Under the pieces are notes generated by a model, which ran no database searches, was not told the DNA's origin, and saw nothing but the letters and a program-made list of their open reading frames with translations. From positions 10,354,001-10,418,000 of the forward strand of contig NC_092671.1 in NCBI RefSeq assembly GCF_964355755.1: a stretch of 64,000 bases of DNA, written 5' to 3'. The position numbers and the translations under genes are program-made. This DNA comes from Antedon mediterranea. Its lineage: Eukaryota > Animalia > Echinodermata. How positions within the stretch are numbered: position 1 is the stretch's first letter; every line of letters starts with the position of its first letter. Of the stretch, positions 44,172 to 56,005 are shown piece by piece.

Positions 44172-46228
44172 CAGTACAGGACAGAATTATTGCAAAAATC
44201 CCAACGCATTCAACACGTTGTCGTTGCGTTGTGTTTGCGTTGCGTTGAACGGCTTTCAACGTTTAGTTGTTTATTCAACGAAAGTCATTATCAGCATGTC
44301 AAGTAAACAATTAGTTATTTCAACGCTAGCTGCTGCAGCGCTAGACTGGCCGATTGCACGCCTGAACGATCAGTAACAACAACAGGCAAAATACCTATCG
44401 GCAGTCACTACCAGATATTTTAATATAAATAAAAAATATATATGAAGCTTAGATATATTTTAAAGTATTGAACGGACAGTTACCAAGTAAAACACACAGT
44501 GATATTTCCCAGTGTTTAGTGAAGGAAAACATCGAATAATAAGGTTGATGCCAAGTCTAACAGTTAACACTGTACTGTAGGCCTTCCGGGGGAAAACACG
44601 ATCTCACGTCGTAAAATCAAACAACGTGGAAATTACTGACATCAACACACGAGGCCGCCACCCTGGTTTCCTCAAGAAAAACACCACGTGTGTTATGACG
44701 TATTTAACGATCGTTAATGACGACGAAGTAATTAATTTTATTTAGGCCTACATTTTTTAGCTGTTCGAGATTCAAGAGATAAAGTTAAAATATTGTTTCT
44801 CTATTTTGGTTTTTATTTTATAATTGTCCCATTGTTTGTTGTAATGTAATTTGAAAGAACTAAAAAATTTGACGTGTCCGACACCCATGAACCAATTTAA
44901 ATCTTTATAAATCGAACAACATTACATTTTTAAGTACAAAAAGCGTTTTGAATACGTTAACAATAGAGCGTGTTGAATGTGTTGAACCCGTTGACCGTTC
45001 ATTGACGACGTTAAACAATTGAATCCCATAGCGTTGAACGCGTTGAAAACGTTGCGCGTTTTGAAAAGCATCACACTGTAAACTGATTTAAATGTTGGCT
45101 GTTCGCTCGCATATTCTCGCAACTCCCATCCCATTCATACAGTTTCAGGAGGAGGCCAATATAATTATATTAAGAAACAAAACAATAGTATGTTACAGAG
45201 AAAACGCCTAAACCTCGCCTGTAATAATATATTGTCTTGCATCAGAATAAAGTGGTTCTTTATTCTGAATTGTTTGGTTATTCAAATATTTGTGGGTTAC
45301 ACCTTGGCGTGAATAATATGGTATGGCACAGGTTTTGATTTTAAAGAAAACGCCTAAAATTGCCTATTGTCATCAAATTGGTCATTCCTATTTCTTGGTT
45401 ATTATATTTAACGCTTTTCTCTGCATGGGTTACGTTAGGCATCACAATAATTAATTTATAATATAATACATGATAATGATATATTTATGGATAATAATAA
45501 AACTAAACGATTTTTTCCCTTTTAATTACGCGTTATTTCATAATGAATGAACTCTTCACCTTTCGATCAGTTCGTCCCTCACGTCACGAAAAGCATGCGT
45601 GAAAAAGACGACGACCATGCTGGATCGTTATGTTGGTGGTGTATTGTTGCCTTCCATGGCGGCGGGTGTAGGCTACGTTGTTTTTATAAATAATCGAGAA
45701 AAATGTAGTACAGTACTGCGAAGTTTTTAGTTTGGAAATAATTAATTACGATGTGACCTAGCCTCCAAGATTCACCGCCGCCTTAACTTTGGTATTTATT
45801 TAATACTCCAGTTAATATAGGCACACAGTAATTAAGGACATGACCACTACTTTTAACTGCGATGGCAGACGCGGCTCATATACACACGGGGCCTACTCGT
45901 TAGTAGTAGGCCTAGCCTAGTGTAATATATTAAGCTAGGTTTCCGCGGAAAAATACACATTATGTTTGTTTTCTTAAATATTTGTAATACGGTATTTTAT
46001 ACTATTACTACTACTACTACTACACACTGGCAATCTGTAAATACCATACGAATCCGATTGTTCGTTATTTCAACGCAAACTCAACGCAACACATTGTGTT
46101 GGTTGAATAAACAGTTCAACGAACTCAACACTTTCAACGCCAACGGACAACGCAGTTTCAACGCGTTGTCAACACTTTAACAATGCGTTGAATGCGTTCA
46201 AAATCTGCAATAATTCTGTCCGGTACTG
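44172..46228. mobile_element. Non-autonomous Tc1/mariner-type element, 2057 bp
   Basis: TA|CAGTACAGGACAGAATTATTGCA ... TGCAATAATTCTGTCCGGTACTG|TA (23-bp TIR, 1 mismatch); CAACG/CGTTG subterminal clusters; no transposase ORF. Confidence 0.9.
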
Positions 46229-47230
46229 TATACATCACTCTACTGTGTGTATGTATTAATTTCTAATCTATAGTCTACAGTTTTCCAAACTGCTACAACA
46301 GAGGCTCTGAATCCACACTAAGGATTGATATGACACTTTACACTCATTCAGATTCAAATGAATGAGTGCATAGGCTGATTTGATTTCTAAATGCAAGTAT
46401 TAACATTATCCGCAATATCTACTACTAAGATTTTTACTGCAAATTACAGTACTGTAGGCCAATTGACGGTGCTTGCTATGAATGACAGATTATTGGTTCA
46501 ATTTAAAAACATGTGCAATTTGATCACGGTAGTGTTAATCACAGCCAAATAATATTTCGATTGAAGAGTGGCTTTCCTTTTTTATCAATTTGTAATATTT
46601 AGCGGTATTATGGTAATCAAGATTAACACAATGCAATTGGCAATGGCTACCAGTATTAAGCTCAAGATGACATTTTATGCTAGATAATGCCTAAATGGAA
46701 ATATAAATCTATCATCATCAATCAATCATAATCAAGGCCTAATGAAACACGCCAGTCTAAAAGATGCTAATTACAATCTTGTTATGACGTTTAATGTAAA
46801 AATTACGATGATACAGAAAAGAAGAAACAAAAATTGAAAATCATAGTCTGCTCGCCTACTCCGATCTTGCCTTCTTCAAGTACTTGCTAATAAAATCTGA
46901 CTCAGTGACAGCCTGGCATAGTTAAGTATGTAAGGTCGAATTATGTCAAGGATACATTGGTAAAACATCCACAAAAACGATCTTTTAAACGCTAAAAACA
47001 ACAGTTACTTACCGTTTCACTGGCTAAATTCATTGACGACCAAGTTCTCTACATTCGATACCGAGTTTTTATCATCTTTTTTATAACATTCATTCCAACC
47101 ATCGAGAGCTAACTTTCAAAGCTCGTTTATCTGGCGCGGTGTCAAAGAGCGGTAGGTTGACATCTAAAAATGATAATTACCAATAAACGGCTGCAAAAAC
47201 ACTACATCAAGTTTGTAGGAAATTGATTTG

Positions 47231-47243
47231 GTAGATGGCGCTA
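47231..47243 (-). promoter_or_regulatory. Possible YY1-like promoter motif upstream of the candidate transcript
   Basis: GTAGATGGCGCTA (ATGGCG core) about 70 bp upstream of a CpG-containing segment that ends in a perfect GTAAGT donor at 47012. Confidence 0.3.
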
Positions 47244-48263
47244 TTTATCATTTTCACATACGGTAATAGATTATCATAATAAATATTATGAACTAATTCA
47301 GTGGTAAATAAGATAATATACTGTATGTATATGGTTAAATATGTTCAGTTAATCGAACATAAAATGACAATTTTACGGAATATTTTTACGTTCGCTTGAG
47401 AACATTTTCACAATAATCTGTATTAAATACAACAAAGTGAATGCAGCATTTTGTCAATGAAATATATTTAAAAGATTGTAGAAATATTTACTGACAATAC
47501 TATCAAACAAAGCGCTCTAAAATATAGTTAATTACTGTATCTATACTGTTTTGCTTTTATCTTACATTTATTTACAATTAATATACTCTTTATATTATAT
47601 TTGTTAAGCACGATTAAATTACAGATAGCAATTATATAAAATAAAATATTTGTTTTTCAAGATAACACACAAAACCGAACAAGCAGTTAATCGTCATCAA
47701 AACTTAAAAATTAAGTTTAGAAATACTTTGTCATGTATATTGTCTGTAGGCCTACTACATTTTAAAATAAAACCTATAATTAATTACATAAATAAAACGG
47801 TACTCTGTACCACTCTTAAAATTATAGATACCTAAGTAGCCTACGTACGTATTTATGAGTGCAAATATGCCTTAATATCTACAATACAGTACACCCGGTA
47901 ATAGTAAATTGTTTTGCATAATAAAGTAATATTATCCGTCTAAAATAACCATTTAGATTTAATACATACGAAATATTATTTTGTGTCACAATATAGTATA
48001 GGCCTAAATAGGCAAAAATAATAATTTTATGACGCCTTAAAATCCGTAGTTCATTTTCTATTATCGAATTGATAAGTAACGTCATTTATTGGCATGCGCG
48101 CACGTACAAAAGTCGTGCCAATATTTTATATGATATAGCGTTTTTGAAGCGTTAAAACGATGCAGAAGGAACAAAAGAACAAACAGTTTTTTCAGTGACG
48201 TCCCGGTCCGTGAAGAAACAAAACTTAACGTTTGCATATAGACAGTATTTAACATAATACGAA

Positions 48264-48437
48264 TTACAAACAAATGCAAGCAGCACTTTTGGTGACTCCT
48301 TCTTCTCCATCGACTGTAGGCCTACTTGCCTTTCTCTGCAGTGATTGGCGGCTGCCCATGTCCTCCATGGAAACGTCTTCTATAGGGCTATCATTCACTT
48401 TTATGGTGTTTCCTGACATTCTACTGTCTGGTCGAAA
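48264..48437 (-). CDS. Ankyrin-repeat/CaaX protein, exon 10 (last): FRPDSRMSGN...GVTKSAACICL*
   Basis: Acceptor CATTGCAG, open frame in phase 0, TAA at 48264-48266; candidate AATAAA at 48085-48090. Confidence 0.85.
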   Translation of the reverse strand, partial: FRPDSRMSGNTIKVNDSPIEDVSMEDMGSRQSLQRKASRPTVDGEEGVTKSAACICL

Positions 48438-49204
48438 CTGCAATGATAATAAAATAAATGATAAGCATAAAATTGGTATTGAAAAAAAACATGTTTAGCA
48501 TTCGTTTGTTATTTAAATCACACAGTTGGCCTACAGTTTCTATTAATAAATAGATGTAAATTTATGTAGTAAATTGATGTAAGGAGGCATAATTATATAT
48601 TATAATCTAATTTCATATTACATAGGTAAACATTTTTTCAATTGCTTATGAAGAGAATATGTACTGCAAAAACGAAAAAAAAAATGTGTTGTTTGGACTG
48701 ATGTATCATTAGCATAAAAAACTTCACGAATACGGTACAGATGACGTCACTAGTACGTGACCTCAATAAAAGTGATGACGTAAATAGCTGAAAATACACC
48801 GTTAATGATCAGACATTTCCAACGAAATCGAATCTTACGATGTAATTGCTCCTTTAATGGCTTATGGTGAGCTAATTTTAGCATCAGACACTTAATAAGA
48901 CAGAAGAAAATAGAAGTAAACGTCATCAATCAATTTAGCATAGTTCTGATAGTGAATGTATCTTTAACTATTCTATTAAAATAAAGTTGTCTACGCCAGT
49001 TACGTATTTCATCTTTGATGACGTCAAACAAAGCTATTGTTTTGAACGATTTTGATTATATTGTTGGCAAAACTCTAATTTTACTATTTCTACTTATGTT
49101 TTTTTATATATATAATTTAGCATTACACAAAATATTTGTGAACAATTCTGTCAGGATTTTCATTACATTTCGGTAGCAATTAATACTCGTTATAATAGAA
49201 CATA

Positions 49205-49338
49205 GTACATCTTTCAAGACGAGTAGGGGGTTACCCCGGTGTATTAGTTCATCACAGCCACTGATCACAAACTGGGCCCTCTGGGAGACCAGTCTTTGAC
49301 TGAAGAGGTCGCCCAGTATAAAAACAAACAAACAAACA
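49205..49338 (+). mobile_element. 5'-truncated SINE related to the 23688 element
   Basis: ATCTTTCAAGACGAGTAGGGGGTTACCCCGGTGTATTAGTTCAT matches ~23867-23912; (AAAC)n tail. Confidence 0.75.
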
Positions 49339-49370
49339 ATACACTTAACAAACTTGTTTTTTCAACCTAC

Positions 49371-49412
49371 CGTGGCTCTACTAGATGGTTCCACAATACG
49401 CGGTTGTTTGCC
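49371..49412 (-). CDS. Ankyrin-repeat/CaaX protein, exon 9: GKQPRIVEPSSRAT
   Basis: TTTTCAG acceptor, GTAGGT donor, 42 nt; paralogous to exon 5 (GKEKRIM..). Confidence 0.82.
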
Positions 49413-49727
49413 CTGAAAAAAAAAACACCACATAATTAAGTTAGGCCTATTGTATTAATTTAACATCAACAATTGTTTTTTTTTTTTTGTATAATTACTG
49501 AAATTTCGCTTATGGACGGTTGAGGAAATAAAATAAGGTAATATCACAAAATAATATTATTCTGCGCATTCGTATACGATATACACCATTCCGTCTGTTA
49601 TTGACGTCACGAAACGAACGCTTGAAATACGATGTAACCGTCATCGTTGTTTGCACTCGGTAAACGTCGTAGTTACTTGTCGTTTCTGTCATTTTTTTTT
49701 TCACATCCGTTGATAAACAAATCTTAC

Positions 49728-49859
49728 CATTCTTTTCATCAATTCATTACTAATGAGTTCCACTAATTGTTCTATTGTTTGTGTTTGTTCTCTGGCCATA
49801 CATTCCCGGGCAGTCTGTAACGCAGTTATTTCGTAAATTTGATTGTTAGAGTCACAGTT
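49728..49859 (-). CDS. Ankyrin-repeat/CaaX protein, exon 8: NCDSNNQIYEITALQTARECM...ISNELMKRM
   Basis: TTAACAG acceptor, GTAAGA donor, 132 nt; paralogous to exon 4. Confidence 0.87.
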
Positions 49860-50122
49860 CTGTTAAGAAATAATATACAAAAATTAATAACGTAATATAA
49901 CATTAGTAAATGCAAGGAAGAGTCAATCCACATTATCATGATATAAAAACGGTTGTTTGATTTTAGTTGTTATCAACAAGATGCAGACTTTATGATGGTA
50001 ATATTATTTTATTCCACATGGGTTAACCACATCTCGATGGCTCAAATCCAAACAGAGATTTAAGAGGATATATTTATTTATATTTGTTTTTGTTCTGTGT
50101 TTTATTAGTTTTCTATGTGTTT

Positions 50123-50260
50123 TATGACAATACTGTAAGGTACGGTAAGAGTCAATAAACTAAACTATATAAGCGACGATCTAAACCTAATATGACAATA
50201 CTGTAACGTACGGTAAGAGTCAATAAACTAAACTATATAAGCGACGATCTAAACCTAATA
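50123..50260. repeat. Tandem duplication of about 69 bp
   Basis: ATGACAATACTGTAA.GTACGGTAAGAGTCAATAAACTAAACTATATAAGCGACGATCTAAACCTAAT occurs twice. Confidence 0.93.
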
Positions 50261-50600
50261 TCCGCAATTGAAACTTTTCTCACAAGATCGTTAGCTTATT
50301 ATGGAATGAAAACTACTACAGTAAATATAAAAATCACGCGAATTATTGAAGGGGAATATAACACATTCACTTTATAAATTAATCAAAATAATTTATATTG
50401 GGAGGGCATGACATATAGGCCCTACGCCATACAATTCTGTATGAATTTACCTATGAGCCAGGTGATTGTAGACAAGTGATTAAAAATATTTAATTAAAGC
50501 TGAGATTACCCTGATATATAGTGTTTTTTTTATTTAGGGAACCTCACCCATCATTAGCTCTGCCCATTACGACAATATAAAAAATACTAAAAGTTATTAC

Positions 50601-50711
50601 TTGAAATATTGTATCTAGCTCTGCCCCTTTTTCGATTAACATTCTAGCTGTTTCAAGTTGATTTACAAATATAGCAAATATTAACACCGATTGCTGTTTG
50701 TTTGTGTTATC
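50601..50711 (-). CDS. Ankyrin-repeat/CaaX protein, exon 7: DNTNKQQSVLIFAIFVNQLETARMLIEKGAELDTIFQ
   Basis: TTTGCAG acceptor, GTAATA donor, 111 nt; ankyrin pattern (L..A...LIEKGA). Confidence 0.9.
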
Positions 50712-51181
50712 CTGCAAAGAAATGAAGAAATTAAAAAATATATATAATATAATATTCTATCTGAATTAAAACCAAGTAAAAAATTAAAACCAATTAAAAC
50801 TAAAGATGTTAAAGTGCCTAAGTGATAGTAACATTCTTTTAATTGTAACATTTTGAATTTCATAGCACGATATTCTTCCATTGTCAATCTGATCAAATTG
50901 ATCCCCGATCCTTCAAACATGTTTGGTTAATCGGCCAAGCCGATGCCGAGTCGTTTTTGATCGGCATGCCGAGTAGTTCCCGATCGGTATGCCGAATTTA
51001 TCAGATCAGAAGTAGGAATGCAATTGATATGTAAATTTACTCTACATACACATACATACGATATGTTTGGGACACTCTATGCAGTTAGAACTCGCTCATC
51101 ATGGAAAGAAATTTTCAGACAACGGGTAACATTCTTTATTTATCTAAAATGTGAACGTTTTATTAAATAACGCCGACTAAC

Positions 51182-51268
51182 CTTATATACGATATTGATA
51201 TCCATCCCATAATTCAACAGTAAGTTTATACATTCTGCGTCTCCTTCACTTACTGCATCAATTAAAAC
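51182..51268 (-). CDS. Ankyrin-repeat/CaaX protein, exon 6: VLIDAVSEGDAECINLLLNYGMDINIVYK
   Basis: TTTTAG acceptor, GTTAGT donor, 87 nt (same size as exon 2); ankyrin pattern. Confidence 0.9.
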
Positions 51269-51953
51269 CTAAAAGTTTATAAAAAAAATCTTTATTATAC
51301 ACATATCTTAACCGACAAATATGCAAGGTATTGAAATAATATGTATATTTGGCATTCATCAAATTGTTTTGCTTTGGTATTAATACAGTATCATTATTTT
51401 GAATTCCACAACTTTAAAATTGGATAGGACGCCCTCTCTATCGTCACACAAATATGTTCGTATAATTTCTATATAAATACTGTATAATACAGCAGTAGTA
51501 ACTTCTCCATCAATATAAAATACAATAATTGATTTTTTTTTATAATAAAGGTAATTGAATCATTAACTGTTTTAATTTCCGACAATTCCACACGCAGAAA
51601 GTAGACCATAACTAAATTATTATTGACTTAGATTCGTAAATGATATACTATTGAATTGTAGTTATTATTTCATGTTCTTACAATCAAATGCACTGTAGAA
51701 AATAAGTATACAATAATTGATATAAGACTCAGATTTACCACAACTCGGGTTTGACCCTAGGAAAAATAGGTACGTGACGTGCGCCCTCTTTATCGTCACA
51801 CATTTTAGGTTCCATCGAAATATAACATTTCCGCAATGTTGTAATGGTGAGAAGAATCGCAGTTCAAGCCACAGACGGAATAGTAAAATATATATATTGG
51901 TAAAGAGTCTTCGATCGTATGTTTAACAATATTATATAGGCAAATAAACTTAC

Positions 51954-52013
51954 CTGCGCCGGAAGTAGATTAGCTGCTGGCAAGTTAGCGGGCATAATTC
52001 GTTTTTCTTTTCC
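51954..52013 (-). CDS. Ankyrin-repeat/CaaX protein, exon 5: GKEKRIMPANLPAANLLPAQ
   Basis: TTTCATAG acceptor, CAG|GTAAGT donor, 60 nt. Confidence 0.85.
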
Positions 52014-52336
52014 CTATGAAATTGAAATTCCAAAAAAATAGATTTATAATGACAACAGTGATTGAATTAGAAATCTGCAGTACTTATATGGGTCTATATT
52101 CGAATAATAAGTAGCACATCCGATTCTTGGTATTGTATCTCCACATATAGCATTATAATGTTTCAGTATCATAGGCAAATTCCACGATACAGTGTCACAT
52201 GTATCTAATGTGGCTAATGTGTCATGTCACGCCATCTCGCTCAACCAATTGCATTTAATGCTACTTCCTAATGCTTCTTGTACAATATAAAATAGCATTT
52301 CAATGAATCCATGTTAATTGAGCTAATTGTCCATAC

Positions 52337-52471
52337 CTTTGTTTTGATAAGCTCATCTTCAATAAGTTTCAGTATTTCTCCTACCGTTGAATCTAAGCTT
52401 TTATCATAAATAATTGTGGCAGCTTTGTGCGCCGATATTCGATAAATACACGCATGCATAGCATCATAATT
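52337..52471 (-). CDS. Ankyrin-repeat/CaaX protein, exon 4: NYDAMHACIYRISAHKAA...LIEDELIKTK
   Basis: TTTATTCAG acceptor, AAG|GTATGG donor, 135 nt; overlaps ORF 52268-52498. Confidence 0.87.
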
Positions 52472-52586
52472 CTGAATAAATGAAAAAAATACATACATAT
52501 GTGTGTATTATTAATAACCAAAACTTATGTGAATACTGTTTTGATGTATTTTATTGTAAACAAAATGGAGTGAAGAATATATAGTA

Positions 52587-55500
52587 CTCTAGTAGCTAGA
52601 TCAACTTTCGTATGCACTTTGAGGTCCAGAGAATTTGACTTCAGAAATTGGTTTAGGGTGGTCAAACAATCATATTTGGCTTGGTTACACATTTTGAAAA
52701 TGTGGCGAAAGGTCGAAAGGTCAAGGTGAAAGGTCATAAGACCAAACATAAATATGTCCTTAAATCTCAACAACCATTGGTCACAACGAGGTAATTTTGG
52801 TCTTAAATTAATCAGAAGGTATACATTTATATTCAGTCTAATGGGACATTTTAGTAAAAAATGACCGGAAATGCCATTTATGACCTTTGACCCACAACCC
52901 AGGGCATGTATGTATCTCCGTCACTACTGGTCGTAGACACTTGAATTTGGTTTTAAATTGTTCGAAATATATGTTTTGTTATTTGTTACACATTTTTAAA
53001 AATGTTACAAAAGGTCAAAGGATCAAGGTCAAGGGTTATTTGAACAAATAAAAAAAGGTACTTTTATCTCGGCAACCACTGGTCGCAGCAAGTCAATTTT
53101 GGTCTCAAAATGTTCAGAAGGCATGCATTTATATTCCATCTAATGGGGCATTTTAGTAAAAAATGATAAGAAATGCCATTTCTGACCTTTGACCCACATA
53201 CCAGGGCATCTTCATATCTCTGTAAGTGCAGGTCGTAGAAACTTAAATTTGGTATCAAATTGTTCGAAATATACATATTTACATTCATTGTAATAGAAAA
53301 TGTGGTTAAAAGATGAACAGAAACACTCTTAATAATGTTTCAAACAAAAAACTTATCTACACAACTTATCCTTAGACAGTAATGTTATGCAATAACTGAT
53401 ACTTTAAATTGTTTTAATTTCAAGTACTAGTTATTGCTGTCCCCGAGGACATTTTGATAATTTTAATTTTAATTTAATTTTGGATTTATATAGCGCTTTT
53501 CCAAGTGACCAAAGCGCTGTACAATAGAAAATAGATAGAAACGTTAAGCTCAACAGTTCTTTTCAGAATGCTAGAAGTAACTTGCCATATGTATCCGATT
53601 AAACGCCCCAGGAATTTATTGTTCAAAATGGTTTTTAGGGGTAAAGGAGACAACTTTATTTGGGGTATAATATGGTAACATGTATAATCAAATAAATACC
53701 ACCTAGATGTAAACAAATACTGCACAATTAATATCAAAAAGTGATAAAATTATGTCAAAATGCTTGGTAAATTGTAGATTATGGTAGTTAATGAAATGTG
53801 TTGACGTGATACAATTATTGTGTAAATGCATGTGGCGGGGCGTTTATTCCACATGGTGTTCTATTTGAGAGAATGGTGGCGTTTATTTGAAGGAATACTC
53901 TAATTTTAATAATTGTATTTTCTTTCTCAACTGATAAAAGGTATTTACATGATTCGTTTTCCTCTTTATGCTTTTTAACGAAATGTTTCTGTCTTTTAAG
54001 ATAAAAGTGATAGATTCCATTAAATGGATCTTCCCCTCCATGTGCCAGTATAATGATATAAAACAATGACACATCATTATCCTGACACGATTGCACTCAT
54101 AATGGATCTTCATTCTATCATCTATTTGTTTGTAACTACAATTTGACAACAATCTTTTGCATAGTTTTAAATGCCAATACATAGTTTCATTACTATTGTA
54201 CAATATGTCCAGCTTTCCTGAAAACACCCTTGTGTACTGTAGTACAGTGTTGTAGTATGATTTTATCATGATAAACTTCTGATGGTTTTATTGTCAATGC
54301 TTTCAGTACCTAAAACATGTCAAAGTTTCTAGTGGTATTGATAATAAATCTCCAGAAATATATATTGTTTTATTATCTACACTGGGAACAGACGTGTATA
54401 TGTATAAGTTTTGTCGTTGACATTCAAAACTATTATGCAACAGTGTTACGTAATAATATATTATTGTGGTCTCCGATACCTTTTATTACATGATTGTACT
54501 TCCTCCAGGATAGAATGAGGTTTAATCCCGTTATTATATATATATATTTTTTATATATATATATCTGGGGTGTATTTAGTTGATTATACATGTTACCATT
54601 ATTACACCCAACAAAATAAACGCCTTCCCTGAATAAATAAATGCCCGAGGCTTTTATTCGGGTAACTACAGTAAATTACTTCTAGCATTCTCAAAATGTT
54701 TGAACGTTCGGGGGTCAACAATAATTTCTAGCATTATTATAAGCAAAAGTACAATTATTACAAACAGTAAAGGATTTGTTTTAATTCCTACATTATAAGG
54801 AAATCATTAAGCATCAATTATTGCATAACATTACTGTCTAATGATAAGTTGGGTAGATATGTTTTTCATTTAAAAGATTAGTAATTAATAGTATTTATGA
54901 TCATCTTTTATCCAAATTTTCTGTTAGAATGAATGTAAATATGTGTATTTCTAACAATTTGATACTAAATTTAAGTTTCTACGACCTGTACTTACAGAGA
55001 TAAGAAGATGCCCTGGTATGTATGTCAAAGGTCAGAAATGTCATTTCCGGTCATTTTTTACAAAATTTTTCATTAGACTGAATATGAATGTATACCTTCT
55101 GAACATTTTGAGACCAAAATTTACTCGCTGTGACCAGTGGTTGCCGAGATACAAATACCTATTTGTGTTTATTCATATAACCCCTGGCCTTGACCTTTTG
55201 TAACATTGTTCAAAATGTGTAACAAATAACTAAATGTATATTTCGAACAATTTGAGCCCAAATTCAAGTCTCTACGGCCAATAGTTACGGAGATACAGAC
55301 ATGCCCTGGTTTATGGGTCAAAGGTCAGAAATGGCATTTCCGGTCATTTTCGACTAAAATGTTTCATTAGACTGAATATGAATGTATACCTTCTGATCAA
55401 TTTGAGACCAAAATTACCTCGCTGTGACCAGTGGTTGTCGAGATTTAAGGACATAATGGTGTTTGATCTTATAACCTTTGACCCTGACCTTTTGACCTTT

Positions 55501-55621
55501 CGCCACATTTTCAAAATGTGTAACCAAGCCAAAAATGATTGTTTGACCACCCTAAACCAATTTCTGAAGTCAAATTCTCTGGACCTCAAAGTGCATACGA
55601 AAGTTGATCTAGCTACTAGAG
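52587..55621. mobile_element. Foldback-type non-autonomous DNA transposon (about 3.0 kb) with about 830-bp inverted arms, in intron 3
   Basis: TA|CTCTAGTAGCTAGATCAACTTTCGTATGCACTTTGAGGTCCAGAG.. mirrors ..CTCTGGACCTCAAAGTGCATACGAAAGTTGATCTAGCTACTAGAG|TA; arms ~52587-53410 and ~54815-55621, each with an internal ~300-bp direct repeat. Confidence 0.92.
53461..53527 (-). mobile_element. L2-type LINE/SINE 3' tail remnant
   Basis: Minus strand GTACAGCGCTTTGGTCACTTGGAAAAGCGCTATATAAAT plus (AAATT)n: AGCGCTTT/AAAGCGCT stem-loop typical of L2-clade 3' ends. Confidence 0.65.
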
Positions 55622-55891
55622 TATAGGGCCTACGTAAGTGAGGGTTGTTGAATATTTTTAAATCATAGTAACATTAAAAGAGCGTCATAGCGGTAAGAAA
55701 TCATGTTCGCATGCCGCCAGTGACACCATTGAGTTACTTTAGAAACTAATTACTCTATTACAACACCATCAGAGATGCAACGGTTACGTGCGTGTACAAA
55801 AAAAGTTTCAACTGTCAGAGTTTGAATGCGCGCGTAAAAATGTTTCGTGTTTCTGACGATGACTATACCTTATTTGGTCATAAATATTTAC

Positions 55892-56005
55892 CATATATAC
55901 AGTAGATACGTCAGCACCTCTTTCGATTAACTGTTTTGCAACTTCAAACTGATGTTGACAAATTGCAAGTATCAGTAATGAGTGTTGACTTCCATCTGCA
56001 TCATC
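55892..56005 (-). CDS. Ankyrin-repeat/CaaX protein, exon 3: DDADGSQHSLLILAICQHQFEVAKQLIERGADVSTVYM
   Basis: ATCAAAG acceptor after T-tract, ATG|GTAAAT donor, 114 nt; ankyrin pattern. Confidence 0.9.

Larger units (their letters stand above)
6921..47170 (-). ncRNA. Candidate long multi-exon non-coding transcript or extended 5'UTR (may continue beyond window start)
   Basis: Minus-strand AG|..|GT-bounded segments, e.g. 47013-~47163, 35014-35230, 17326-17525, 12129-12285, 8491-8519, 6921-6989; several have stops in all three frames. Confidence 0.35.

Noticed and set aside
52525-55626. Mirror-image ORFs 52525-52773, 53064-53288, 55018-55203, 55344-55626
   Set aside because: They arise from the inverted arms of the foldback element; no transposase motifs
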